This document shows positions 19,597 through 29,842 of a DNA stretch of 64,000 bases, one piece after another. Origin of the DNA: a virus (taxonomy: Duplodnaviria > Caudoviricetes); IMG/VR virus record IMGVR_UViG_2667527381_000001, positions 138 through 64,137 of that record; one strand, 5' to 3'. Under the pieces are notes generated by a model, which saw nothing but the letters and a program-made list of their open reading frames with translations, searched no databases and was not told where the DNA came from. A program made the position numbers and the translations under genes. The stretch's first letter is position 1. Each line of letters starts with the position of its first letter.

Positions 19597-21726
19597 ATGA
19601 GAACGCGCTTTGAATCGGTCTATCTGCTTCTTCTCAGCATTATTGCTGTGCTCTGGTCGACCGGACTTCTAGCGCAGGCCCGACCCCGGCCAGTAATTGT
19701 TTTCGTTAATGGATGGCAGGACTGCTGTGCATGGAACTTCTCAACGATTGGAAATGAAGTGGCGGAAACTGCGAGCAACTTAAACATGATTTTTCGCAGA
19801 ACTTCCTGGGATAGCTTTGAGAGTGAAAGTTTGGAGACAGGTATCGGCACCCTTTCTGGCACTTCCATTTTCGTAAATCAAGGGATTCAATTTTTCAATA
19901 GTCTGCCATATGGAACGGACGTTTATCTAATAGGACACAGCTGGGGAGGGGATTCCCTCCTTGACTTGGTGTCTACCTATAATGATCCTCGAATTAATAT
20001 TCGCCTCTTGGCTGTCATAGATCCGGTCTCATCAGCAGGAATGCGAGCGTCTCTTAGTAAGCACACCGTAGGTAATCATGTCGAGTATTTCCACAATATT
20101 TGGCAGTTGAATGCACCTTTCCCAGACGACTTTGACGAAGATGGAACAATCAGTTGCAATGCATACTCCTCCTGCGATCAAAGAGAAAACAACTTCCGTC
20201 GCAATGCCGATGGGACCAACTTGACTGAGAACTGCACATGGGCTGAGTTTGGCTGCCAAGGACGTGTCGAAAATCCCCTTGAAGCGAAACCAGGGTGGAA
20301 GCTCCAAAGAACCACACATCAAGACCTCTTGGATGACGATTATGTTGCTCACCATATTGCGACCATAATAACTGAGTTGGCGGGACACAGACATGCCCAG
20401 GAGCTTACCGTTCTTAGTCAATCTTTCCTTGCAATGTTTGGCAGAAGCCCTTCTATTGGAGAAAAGGATTTTATTAATTCCAGACTGGCAGCCGGCATAA
20501 GCCAGGAAGGGATCCTTGCCATTTTCCAAAGAACAAAAAACTTCTTTGCTTCTTTGAACGGAAACTCTCCAAGTCCTGCGGAGTTTTTGTGGTTTAATTT
20601 TAACATTGGCACCAGATCCGAAACTCTGCTGAGCACTATAATTAGTAGTGCTCTCGCTAATTCGCCAGTTTTCGTTGGCGATGTGACGGATAACTTTGGT
20701 GAGCTCTATGGCAGTTTCAACTCTGAATATGTTCCATTGGGAGGTGCTGGTTGGCGTTCTTGCCCAAATAATTCAACTTTGGCTGGAGAGGAGTCTACAC
20801 CTTCTGGATTTTGGACATGCTTGAATAACCTGTACAGTAATCGAAATATCGTAATCGGTGATGTCGAGCAGAATGTTGCTAGTGAATACATTATCAATAA
20901 GCAATACAAGGTAGCTTACGGATCAACTAGCTGGAACCATTGTCAAGTCGGGACCTTTTCGTTTAGAAAAATGGATCCTGATGGGTTTTGGGTCTGCTTG
21001 AGTGAACCATTGCCATCCTCACCAGAAGCAATAATTGGTGATGTACGAAATAACATTGGCTACCGTTACGTCGTCAGCGGTAGTAAGGGCCTTTTGCTTG
21101 ATACTTCAAGCTGGAACTCTTGCCCTTCAGGTTATTCTTACATCGGCAATAGCATGTCCGTTGATGGCTTTTGGTTGTGTGTCAGAAATGACTTGAGTAA
21201 TCGAAGATTCATAGTTGGGGACGTTGTTAACAATACTGGGTTTGCTTTTCAGCTATACAATGGCAGTGCAACCGGCATGGGTTCTTTGGGTTGGAATAGT
21301 TGCCCGACAGGCGCCCTTGTAGGGAACGATTATCACTCAAATGGCTTTTGGATATGTAAAGGAGATATTGTCTACACTGGCCCTGACGCTTACATAGGCG
21401 ACGTTCGATTTAACACAGGATATTTATATTCGGTTTCAAATGGCTCTGTGGGATTTGCAGGCACTGCCGGCTGGAATTATTGCCCAGCTGGCTATCAGCT
21501 GGTTGGTACGAATTTCCATTCAAACGGGTTTTGGTTGTGTGCACGGCCTGACTTTGTAAATAGCGCCTTTTTTGTGGGCGACGTCACAAATAACAGTGGT
21601 CCTGCATATAAGGTTCAGAGCTATTCCGCTACATATTGGGGTGGATTTTCATGGAACTCTTGCCCGTTCGGCTACCTAATCGGAACTTATATGGATTCGA
21701 ATGGATTTTGGATTTGTAGGCAGTAA
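19597..21726 (+). CDS. Secreted alpha/beta hydrolase with DUF4214-like linker and six Cys/Trp repeats
   Basis: Signal peptide; GHSWGG nucleophile elbow; 6x GDV..N and 6x W..C...GFW.C; AAGGAG RBS before 19597 (track ORF starts 19504). Confidence 0.8.
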   Translation: MRTRFESVYLLLLSIIAVLWSTGLLAQARPRPVIVFVNGWQDCCAWNFSTIGNEVAETASNLNMIFRRTSWDSFESESLETGIGTLSGTSIFVNQGIQFFNSLPYGTDVYLIGHSWGGDSLLDLVSTYNDPRINIRLLAVIDPVSSAGMRASLSKHTVGNHVEYFHNIWQLNAPFPDDFDEDGTISCNAYSSCDQRENNFRRNADGTNLTENCTWAEFGCQGRVENPLEAKPGWKLQRTTHQDLLDDDYVAHHIATIITELAGHRHAQELTVLSQSFLAMFGRSPSIGEKDFINSRLAAGISQEGILAIFQRTKNFFASLNGNSPSPAEFLWFNFNIGTRSETLLSTIISSALANSPVFVGDVTDNFGELYGSFNSEYVPLGGAGWRSCPNNSTLAGEESTPSGFWTCLNNLYSNRNIVIGDVEQNVASEYIINKQYKVAYGSTSWNHCQVGTFSFRKMDPDGFWVCLSEPLPSSPEAIIGDVRNNIGYRYVVSGSKGLLLDTSSWNSCPSGYSYIGNSMSVDGFWLCVRNDLSNRRFIVGDVVNNTGFAFQLYNGSATGMGSLGWNSCPTGALVGNDYHSNGFWICKGDIVYTGPDAYIGDVRFNTGYLYSVSNGSVGFAGTAGWNYCPAGYQLVGTNFHSNGFWLCARPDFVNSAFFVGDVTNNSGPAYKVQSYSATYWGGFSWNSCPFGYLIGTYMDSNGFWICRQ

Positions 21727-21737
21727 CAGTCAAAGTT

Positions 21738-21770
21738 TACAGGCCCCCTGCGATTTTCAAGGGGCTTGTA
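21738..21770. terminator. Hairpin between convergent genes
   Basis: TACAGGCCCC...GGGGCTTGTA stem. Confidence 0.5.
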
Positions 21771-21841
21771 TGCTACTTTGATAAGATTATAGCAGAAAGA
21801 TCCTTTGTATTAGCCATCAGACGAGGCACTTTCATAGGTCT

Positions 21842-22267
21842 CTATTGTCCAGCCGCTGCCCGTGCGACTTCACGGCGGTCTTTCAAAATAATCTCATCCA
21901 GTGTCTTCCCAGCTTCAATTCTATAGCTGGAATTTTCACCATTAATACCGATCGCATCCAAGGCCTTTATTCTGATAGAAAGCAGGGAAAAATCTTCGTC
22001 GGACACCGCGAGGCTGCCAGCGGAAATGCTTCTTGAATGCAAAGACGTTTTGCTGACGGTTAGGGTTGAAAGTAATTCGCCTTTGGCAAGCAATCCAATG
22101 TCACCAGCCCCGTTGTCGAAGAGCCCAGCCCTTCCGGGTTCAGCCATCATTATTTCCTTGCTCAAATCAGACAACGCTGGTGGAGTCCCACCACCCTGGC
22201 TGCCGCCTGCCAATGCCGCTGAGGCAAACGTAAGGAAAGGGATGATACATTTTTTTTGAAACTTCAT
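21842..22267 (-). CDS. Small secreted hypothetical protein
   Basis: Signal peptide then GGSQGGGTPP; ATGA-coupled to the upstream HTH gene. Confidence 0.7.
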   Translation of the reverse strand: MKFQKKCIIPFLTFASAALAGGSQGGGTPPALSDLSKEIMMAEPGRAGLFDNGAGDIGLLAKGELLSTLTVSKTSLHSRSISAGSLAVSDEDFSLLSIRIKALDAIGINGENSSYRIEAGKTLDEIILKDRREVARAAAGQ

Positions 22268-22983
22268 AGAATCTCTCCCGGCCCAGCAATTGCAGACATA
22301 ACCACCAGTCGATTGCCCTTTTTTTCTTTCATGATCTTCAGCGCTTTTTCCCGGAGCTCGACGACAGCTTCGTATAAGTCGCGAATACCTTCATCGCTCA
22401 ATCCTCCCCGGATGTCTTCTATAATCGAACCTGGGACGTTCAGCGGAACCATGTGGAAATGATGAATCGCAGTTTTCTTGATGACATCCTCTGGTGGATA
22501 GGAGCGTCCTTCCATGGTGCTCTTGAAGTTTGAACCTTCTACCAAAATTCCAAGACGCAGCAATTTATCAAGATGCTTCAGGCCTTCGTTACCGAACTGT
22601 TCTTTTATGTGCCAGCGTTCGATCCCTTCCATTTCTGCGAATACATAGACCTTATATAATTGCAGATCTTCGGCAAGAATCGCTGATAATGCGTCGGATT
22701 CAGTCTTGGCGCCCAGCTCCCGCGTTTCTGACGTCTCTCGTGGAAAGTAATCATGCAATATGCTGTCAGCGTTTGCTGGCTCAATAACGTATAGAATTCT
22801 CTTTGCGTTGGTAAATGACAGCCTCTTCTGTTCACCACTGTGCAGGCGGTAAATAGTCGAGTAGTCAGCGCCCGTCTGTTTGCATAGCCAGCGGATACTT
22901 TCGCCTCTTGCTGCAAGAAAGCTCTTTATTCTATCGCGCAAATAATCGCAAATGTTAAGCGTCATTTTGCTTTTCCCGCCCAC
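22264..22983 (-). CDS. HTH DNA-binding protein (XRE-like N-terminus; reminiscent of TIGR02147/DUF4423 regulators)
   Basis: SIRWLCKQTGADYSTIYRLHSGEQKRLS; internal winged-helix-like HLDKLLRLGILVE. Confidence 0.6.
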   Translation of the reverse strand: MGGKSKMTLNICDYLRDRIKSFLAARGESIRWLCKQTGADYSTIYRLHSGEQKRLSFTNAKRILYVIEPANADSILHDYFPRETSETRELGAKTESDALSAILAEDLQLYKVYVFAEMEGIERWHIKEQFGNEGLKHLDKLLRLGILVEGSNFKSTMEGRSYPPEDVIKKTAIHHFHMVPLNVPGSIIEDIRGGLSDEGIRDLYEAVVELREKALKIMKEKKGNRLVVMSAIAGPGEIL

Positions 22984-23679
22984 CTTTGAATATCTTATCA
23001 GGTGAATCTATAGCCAAAACTCTTGATCACCGCGAATGAAAATCAGTGTAGATGGGCGTTCTGCATATAAATATTCCGAATTTTAGTCGATTCAGATTAT
23101 GTGTTTTTGAAACGGCTAGCCTCAAGATGGCGCGGATTGTTTGATTCAATGAATCACCTTATTTTTGGAATCTCATTTTGAAGAAAGTAATCTCGGTCAT
23201 CCTTAATTGCTGATTCATCAATGAATCAATTTCGATCAGACTCCACTGGAAGCTTGGCAGAAAGAATTGACTTCGCTATTCCTCGCTTATCCGCTGTGGT
23301 GAATGTTTTCTGTGATTCAAGAAACTCTGCTAGTCTTTTGATCCTGGAGATTCGTTCTGGTGATCGGGTATCGCTTTATCAAATTCTGAGTTGTACCTGT
23401 TTCACTGAGTGATTCGATTTTGAGTTGTGGAGAAGAGCTGATTTCGGTCTTTCATGTTTTCCCACCAAAACGAATTACAATTCTGTTTGCAGCCCTTCGG
23501 GGCCGCAGCCTTTTACTTAAGCGGACTCTGCATTTCTATGTGGTTTTGATGTAATTGATTATAAGTATTTTCCGCATGGTTGGTACCTATCTGTGGCTGA
23601 GGGATGCTACTTGTTGACGAGGCATTGTGTGGACAATACATTTCAGGTCGAATGCCAGCACAGAAAAGGGAAAGCTGAA

Positions 23680-24396
23680 ATGAAAAAAGATCGCGCCATG
23701 GTATTTATTCTTATTATTGCGAGTATTTACATATTACTTGGTCCCCTCCTCTCGGGCCTTCCTCTCCCGTGGCTGCTCACGATCGACGGAATTGCTGCCA
23801 TAAGCGTTCTGAGTCTCTATAGATACCTGGAGCATGAGCCTGTGAAGTTCAGTCCACCTTGGGCATTCCTCTTTGTTCTTGGGGGCATCACGCTTGCCAC
23901 ACTTCTGGCCGGTGGATGGGCGGAACTCGTAACTGCCGCCCAGCCCGCGCAAAGACAGGTAATGGAGGGCGGAGTCCTGCCGCCTCCAGGCGAACGATCG
24001 TACCTTTTAAATCTGGCTGTCATGGTCACGGGCCCAGCAGTCGAGGAAATCATCTATCGAATGGCCGTGCTCGGAACACTTGCCTACTTCATTGGGAGGG
24101 CTCCGGCACTTTTAATATCGTCGATTGTTTTCGCTGCTGTTCATGCTGATGTCTATCCTCCCGTGATGCTCATGCCAATGTTCATTCTGGGAGTGCTTCA
24201 AGGAATTACGTTCTTACTTCTTGGCCTTCCCTGGGCCATCGCCATGCACATGCTAAATAATTCTCGCCAGCTTATGACAGAAAGCTTTGAGGCAAGTAAC
24301 ATTGTAGCCTTAGTCGTTGCAATTTTCTCGATTTGGGGACTCTGGGTATTCCTCTCACGTACGATTCGTCTTCGAAGAATTGTCTTCGGGGGCTGA
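23680..24396 (+). CDS. CPBP (CAAX/Abi) family intramembrane metalloprotease
   Basis: GPAVEEIIYR, FAAVH, AIAMHMLNN motifs; multiple TM helices. Confidence 0.9.
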   Translation: MKKDRAMVFILIIASIYILLGPLLSGLPLPWLLTIDGIAAISVLSLYRYLEHEPVKFSPPWAFLFVLGGITLATLLAGGWAELVTAAQPAQRQVMEGGVLPPPGERSYLLNLAVMVTGPAVEEIIYRMAVLGTLAYFIGRAPALLISSIVFAAVHADVYPPVMLMPMFILGVLQGITFLLLGLPWAIAMHMLNNSRQLMTESFEASNIVALVVAIFSIWGLWVFLSRTIRLRRIVFGG

Positions 24397-24424
24397 TGTT
24401 TCAATCAGTATTTGGAGATTCTAA

Positions 24425-25096
24425 ATGTGGAACTCAATCGCTTTTGCGCTGCTACTCCTCGCTGCTCCAACGCTTCATGGACAAGAGACATCAAGTGAGA
24501 CAGTGACTGTCACAGGCTCACGTCTTCCCTACACAACCCCTGGTCCCATTGCCGGTAGCACAGGCGGACCAAATCCTGACATGCCATGCGCAGAACCGAA
24601 CTGTGGGCAGCCGCCTGAGGATCCATCGGGGGGCGGAGCCATAACACAGGCTCAAAAGGACCAGCAAAACAAGCAGAACCAGGAAAAGGCAAGGTCAGAC
24701 GGAAGAGTCAAGCAGGCAATTCAGGCAACACAAGATTTAATTGCGGCTGTGAAGAAATGGTTTTCCAAGTCAATTGATATTGGAATTGGGGTTGAAACAT
24801 ACGAGCGATCTTATTATCCCAACAACGGCGGGGTTAAGAATGAAAAGGGCTGGTGTGCATCCGCCCATGGATCCATGGGAACACCGAATCCAAACTATGA
24901 AGATCCATGTGTTGAAGTCGAAGCACAGCCCGAGGTCGTTAAAAGAAATAACGGCGTCTTGGAAAATCAGGTGCGCATGACCTATGTCGTCTACAATGAA
25001 TGCTACTTTGATAAAACGTGTGGGCCGAAATATTATAGTTTCATCGCTGGCTCACAAGGCGAACTTGACCGATTGCTGAATGGCGTCCTGCAATAG
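24425..25096 (+). CDS. Secreted hypothetical protein with TonB-box-like N-terminus
   Basis: Signal peptide followed by ETVTVTGSR, then a Pro/Gly linker; GGAG RBS. Confidence 0.7.
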   Translation: MWNSIAFALLLLAAPTLHGQETSSETVTVTGSRLPYTTPGPIAGSTGGPNPDMPCAEPNCGQPPEDPSGGGAITQAQKDQQNKQNQEKARSDGRVKQAIQATQDLIAAVKKWFSKSIDIGIGVETYERSYYPNNGGVKNEKGWCASAHGSMGTPNPNYEDPCVEVEAQPEVVKRNNGVLENQVRMTYVVYNECYFDKTCGPKYYSFIAGSQGELDRLLNGVLQ

Positions 25097-25129
25097 CAAT
25101 CTTTAAACACAGCACCATTAAAAAATGTT

Positions 25130-25163
25130 GCAGCCAAAGAGGATTCACTGTTGGCTGCTTTTA
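25130..25163 (+). terminator. Probable terminator
   Basis: GCAGCCAA...TTGGCTGC followed by TTTTAT. Confidence 0.55.
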
Positions 25164-25317
25164 TGAATTTAGTCGGAGGTCACGAACCTTCGCAGGAGGT
25201 CTAGATTAAGGGCCTGCAGATTGTGCCTAGCTATAACAGAGAGTGCGTAAGACCTCGGGGCCTGTGCTTCCCCAAATAACCAGCGGAAGTTTCTGCATGA
25301 AGGACGCAACGCTCCAT

Positions 25318-25572
25318 TCAGGCTTGCAGGAGTAAAGTCGCAGTTTCAATCATAACCCAGCATTCCTTTACCAAATCAGCGTTTTCAAAGGATTGGGCTG
25401 GTACACCACAAGCATCCAAAGCCTTCTGTCTATTCAGGTATCTCGCCAGCTCGACATCCAGTTTCTTTTTTGCCTTATGTAACAAGGGGTGGCCGTGATT
25501 CTGTCGCCTAAGTTCGCACTCAAGAGACTCAGCTACGGTGTTTTTAGGTGTATCAGGCGTCGTTTCCGCTCA
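25318..25572 (-). pseudogene. Start-less relic of a small gene (copy 1)
   Basis: Open frame AESLECELRRQNHGHPLLHKAKKKLDVELARYLNRQ...; upstream in-frame stop and no start. Confidence 0.55.
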
Positions 25573-25775
25573 CCATATCATTGCTCAAAAAGAGATGCAA
25601 AGCGGCTTGACACCTGTCTGCGTCAATTGCTTGGTGTGCTAATGCGGTTTGTTGGGTTTAGTATAACTATCTGAAAAGATTAGTAGAATATTGAACCAAA
25701 AATTGGCCTGCAATATGCTTAAGGGATTCGGTTCGTAGATAAAGTTGGATATCAATTAGCTGTCAGAAAGGCCAA

Positions 25776-26648
25776 ATGATGAACATGAATGCCAAAATTT
25801 CCATTTCAGCTGTGGTGTTTTTCTGCGGAGCTTCCATTGTTGTGGGCCTAAGCGTTTCATGCGGAAAAATTGAAAAAGAGAAGTCGACCTTATTCGGAAA
25901 CTCTCCGGCTGGAAGTTACTGCAATGATCAGATAGCAGGAGAAATTCCATGTGGGACTAATACCTTCTATAAGTATATTGCTGGAACCACCGTGGAATCT
26001 TCAGGTCGGAGGGACAAGATTGACGGCTGTTACTACCTTTCAAAAACTGACGCTTTTAACTCTGTTAATGCTACTTGTAATCAAGGTGGTACAGCGAATT
26101 GCGATAATTCATCTCAGTGGCAAGTTGTTTCGAGGACTCACACCAATTCTTGCCCACCTCCCCCTAAAGAAAATCCGCTCCCGCAAGGATCATATCGATC
26201 AAACACTGACGTCTATATCTACACTTATGGTGATGGGAACTATTGTCGATTTGCAGATGAACAGGCTTTCAATAAGTGGGTCGGGAGCGGAATCCTGAAA
26301 GGAATTATTGGTAATTTGCCGTCTAATGTTAGGGGTATATGTAACATTCAGACTTTGCCTGCTCCGAAATACGATCGTTCTGTCTCAAGCAGAGGTATCG
26401 TTGCAAACCCCGTTTGTCATGATAAGCGAGCAACAGCCCATTGCGAATGGCTTCTAGAGAATGTAGAAAAGTTGCCAGGCTGGTGGGGACTGATCAAGGA
26501 CAGTGCCGTTAAAGACGCTAGTGGGTCCACTAGTTCTGACTATTACTATGAGAGGGCTGCTGCTCACTGCAAATATGTCCTCGACCAACGCAATAAGTGG
26601 GCGATATGGTACTCAATCGATTATTCAGCCTACAGAGATTGCTGGTGA
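25776..26648 (+). CDS. Cys-rich putative lipoprotein
   Basis: Hydrophobic leader ending LSVSC; many paired Cys. Confidence 0.7.
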   Translation: MMNMNAKISISAVVFFCGASIVVGLSVSCGKIEKEKSTLFGNSPAGSYCNDQIAGEIPCGTNTFYKYIAGTTVESSGRRDKIDGCYYLSKTDAFNSVNATCNQGGTANCDNSSQWQVVSRTHTNSCPPPPKENPLPQGSYRSNTDVYIYTYGDGNYCRFADEQAFNKWVGSGILKGIIGNLPSNVRGICNIQTLPAPKYDRSVSSRGIVANPVCHDKRATAHCEWLLENVEKLPGWWGLIKDSAVKDASGSTSSDYYYERAAAHCKYVLDQRNKWAIWYSIDYSAYRDCW

Positions 26649-26929
26649 AAGGTAGAACGAACTAAGGTTTAACTAATTGAAACCATATATTTATTCTCCT
26701 TCTAACGCGTCTGCCTTACGGCGGACGCTGCGAACCTTCGCGGAAGGTCTAGATTGAGGGTATGCGGATTGTCTTTGACTATAACGGGTAGGGCAAGGCC
26801 GGAGCCCTGGGTTCCCCCCCAGTTAGCCAGCGGAAGTTTCCGCATGAAGGACGCTATGCTCCAGTCAGGCTTGCAGTAGTAAAGTCACAGTTCAATCATA
26901 ACCCAGCATTCCTTACTAATTCTGCGCCT

Positions 26930-27109
26930 TTAAAAGATTACGCTGGTACACCACTGTCGATTCAGGTATCGCTCCAGCTCGATATCCAGTTTCTTCTTCG
27001 CCTTATGTAGCAATGGATGGGTGTGATTCTGCCGCCTAAGTTCGTGCTCAAGACAATCCGCAGCAGATTTGAGGTGCATTAGGGGTGTCGAGGTCATCTG
27101 AGGATTCAT
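26930..27109 (-). pseudogene. Frameshifted relic of the same small gene (copy 2)
   Basis: MNPQ...CLEHELRRQNHTHPLLHKAKKKLDIELERYLNRQ then a deletion relative to copy 1 shifts the frame; GGAAGG RBS. Confidence 0.55.
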
Positions 27110-27127
27110 TGGCCTTCCAAATCGAGT

Positions 27128-27457
27128 TCATATCTTTAGCCTGACCAGCTTTCCGTTCTTCATCCTATAGCCGTCTTTGGCCAGAGCTTCATCCAGCTTT
27201 TGAGGGAGGCGTATCATGGTATTTGGGGTTTTGCTGTATATAAATTCCAGAGTCGGAATGATAGGCAGAATCGCATCCCGATTGTTCCAGTCTATTTTGG
27301 CATAACTTCGATGCAGAGCCTCGTCAAGGGTGGCGATCCCTGCGAGGTCGCACATTACCTTGTATTTCACCCAGTCTTCGGTAATAAGTCTCGCCCCAAG
27401 TGCAAACAGTTCCCGGGTCTCCCTGCTCAACAATTCCCTTTGTGTCGTAGCATTCAT
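27128..27457 (-). CDS. Hypothetical protein
   Basis: ATG 27457 with AAGGAAGAG upstream (track ORF longer). Confidence 0.55.
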   Translation of the reverse strand: MNATTQRELLSRETRELFALGARLITEDWVKYKVMCDLAGIATLDEALHRSYAKIDWNNRDAILPIIPTLEFIYSKTPNTMIRLPQKLDEALAKDGYRMKNGKLVRLKI

Positions 27458-27923
27458 GGACTCTTCCTTTATCCATACATTTGAATGGATATAAGGCAAA
27501 TTAGATTTTTGGTCAATGTTGTCAACTTTGCATGCTACGCCATTCATGAGGGCTGGTCCGGTAATTTGCAGAACTGGTCTTGTCTTAGTCCGTGTTCCTA
27601 ATTTGGCTGCCACTTCCGAACAGATATTTTGAATTCAGAGCCGTACGGCTAACTTGTAGCAGTTCCTGGATTGCATTCCAGAGCTTGACCCTGCGAGAGT
27701 TCCTCCCGGAGGTAGGTATGGACAAAAACAACATAGATAAGAACGATGCCCCGGTCGATTGCCCAGCAACGCAACTTCTCTTTGAGGATGACAGGGGCTA
27801 CATCGAAATCACTAAGAATGGCGTGATTGGTGTGGGAAGTGGAAAATGGGCGGAGAGCAAGGAAGAGTAGAGCACGGTCGTACCATTCCTTTGCTGGAAT
27901 CAATTTGTGAGACTTTGACGGAG

Positions 27924-28211
27924 ATGCCGTTGAGAATCTTATTGTTACTGCTGTTGGTTGCGTCGTGCTCTACGACAAATTCAGACGCCCCGATATCAGG
28001 CAGGGTAGTTATACTGCTGGATGTCGACAAGTCTGGTGCTACCGATAATATCCGGGTTTTGGAATCAGACCCTCCCGGTTTCTTTGACCAAGAAGCGATA
28101 AAAGCAGCGAAAAAATGGAAATACAAACAAGGTTCTTCGAAGGAAAATCATAGGGTTGTAATTGATTTCAAGCTATCCCCGGAAGAACAAGCTGGAGAAG
28201 TTGCAAAGTAA
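27924..28211 (+). CDS. TonB C-terminal domain-only putative lipoprotein
   Basis: Lipobox-like LVASC; GRVVILLDVDKSG...IRVLESDPPGFFDQEAIKAAKKWKY is the TonB_C pattern. Confidence 0.8.
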   Translation: MPLRILLLLLLVASCSTTNSDAPISGRVVILLDVDKSGATDNIRVLESDPPGFFDQEAIKAAKKWKYKQGSSKENHRVVIDFKLSPEEQAGEVAK

Positions 28212-28405
28212 GCGAACGGAGTTCCTATCAAAAGCCAGAAATGGCACCAGCCTAAGTGATTCAGTTTGCGGACGGGTATATGGAAATTTCCAGCAAGACT
28301 CATATTGCATTTGGGCTGAAAGTCGCCTTGGCCAGCAAAGGAATCTTAAATGTAAACCGGAATTCTCACGCAGGGCCGCTCCATTCTGAATGTTGAGCTT
28401 GGTAT

Positions 28406-28786
28406 TTGTTGCGACTGGGTGACCAACATCAGCAGCCTCTTTGCATCCTTATCGCACTCGTTCGGTTGGTGATACTTTGGGGGCTGCCCATCTCCAGAAC
28501 GGACTGGATAGTTCGAATGTTTGCAACATATAGTGTCTGGGAGGTGCGTGGTGACACATCTGGAAAAGATATTGTTTGTAATCTGCTTAGCTTTTATGCC
28601 TGGGGCTTCATCGACGAGAGCTTTCGGCATTGGGCGATGATTGGTGGGTATACAACCTTCATAGCGTTTATCGTAAACGCGCGTAAAAGGAAGGGCCAGG
28701 CCCTCGTTGATTTCAGCCTTCTCTTGATGATCGCATGTGCAATTCTCCTGCTTTGCTTACGAATCGCAGACTATATAAGGGGCTAG
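28406..28786 (+). CDS. Hypothetical membrane protein
   Basis: Several hydrophobic segments; start uncertain. Confidence 0.4.
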   Translation: MLRLGDQHQQPLCILIALVRLVILWGLPISRTDWIVRMFATYSVWEVRGDTSGKDIVCNLLSFYAWGFIDESFRHWAMIGGYTTFIAFIVNARKRKGQALVDFSLLLMIACAILLLCLRIADYIRG

Positions 28787-28901
28787 AGCAGAAACTGCAT
28801 ACTAAACTCACAAACTTCCTTAAAATGCCGCGGTCCCTATCCCTAACTCGCAGTTGTCAATTCCAATTCGAAAAAGAGCGCGGTTCTAGTCTCGAACGCT
28901 A

Positions 28902-29192
28902 TTACGAGCTCTTAACAAGAAATCGTGAAACAATGAATACAACGATAACGAAGCCATATAAGACACCTACGATAATATAGGCGAGACGCTTTCTCTTTTT
29001 ATCTTCCTCTAGATTGTCGCCACGCATCATTTTCTCTTCAAAATGAGCCTTTCTGATAAAGAAAATGGCGAGAATGAAAAATGCGCACCGGAGCAAGAGG
29101 GCTTCGGCACTATGAAACGCCATCATCAAGACAGAAAAAAACGCTGAAATCAAGCCCACAGTTCGAAGTTTACTGTATGTTTGCATTTGCAT
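28902..29192 (-). CDS. Hypothetical membrane protein
   Basis: Three predicted TM helices. Confidence 0.5.
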   Translation of the reverse strand: MQMQTYSKLRTVGLISAFFSVLMMAFHSAEALLLRCAFFILAIFFIRKAHFEEKMMRGDNLEEDKKRKRLAYIIVGVLYGFVIVVFIVSRFLVKSS

Positions 29193-29842
29193 TCCATTTT
29201 GTTAAGGGTGATCCTCATGTGATAGGAGGTGGCTTAATACTGGCCAGAAACGGAACGATGGCCAGCAGGCGCCCGCGGAGTTCAATTATATCAAGGAGAC
29301 AGTTCATCTCTTGCAGTTCCTTGTAATTGACAACGCAAAGACAGCTTTCCATTCAAAATATTGCATGAGAGAAACTTCTCTTAACTTACAAATTTTATTG
29401 GTAAAAGTTTCTTGAAAACAAAGTTTTAGTGTCAAGATAGCCTATAGACGGACGCCATCGAGACAAGAAATTGTGTTGGAACTTGGATCCGAGCATCAGA
29501 AGGATTGGAGACTGAGGCGTCTAGGTAAATTCAGTTCAGAAGGGGAGGGCTATGTGGAGATTTTCAGCTAAACAATATTGCTTCTGGGGATGGAAAGACG
29601 ACTTGGCCAGTAAAGGAATCTTGATCCTTCATCGGGCTTCCCAAGCCTTTGCCGCACAAATCTGTATGGCGCTAATCTGATGAGGCTGAAATCATTTGCG
29701 ACCGGGGAATTGGATTAATCCGGTTATCGTGGTCAGCCACTTCGCAACCTCGTTCCCTCAACAACGCTAACCGAAACCTAATCGTGATTGATGATGTGTT
29801 ACTGCAGAACAGAGCGGCGCCCCCCCAAAATCGATAGCTAGT

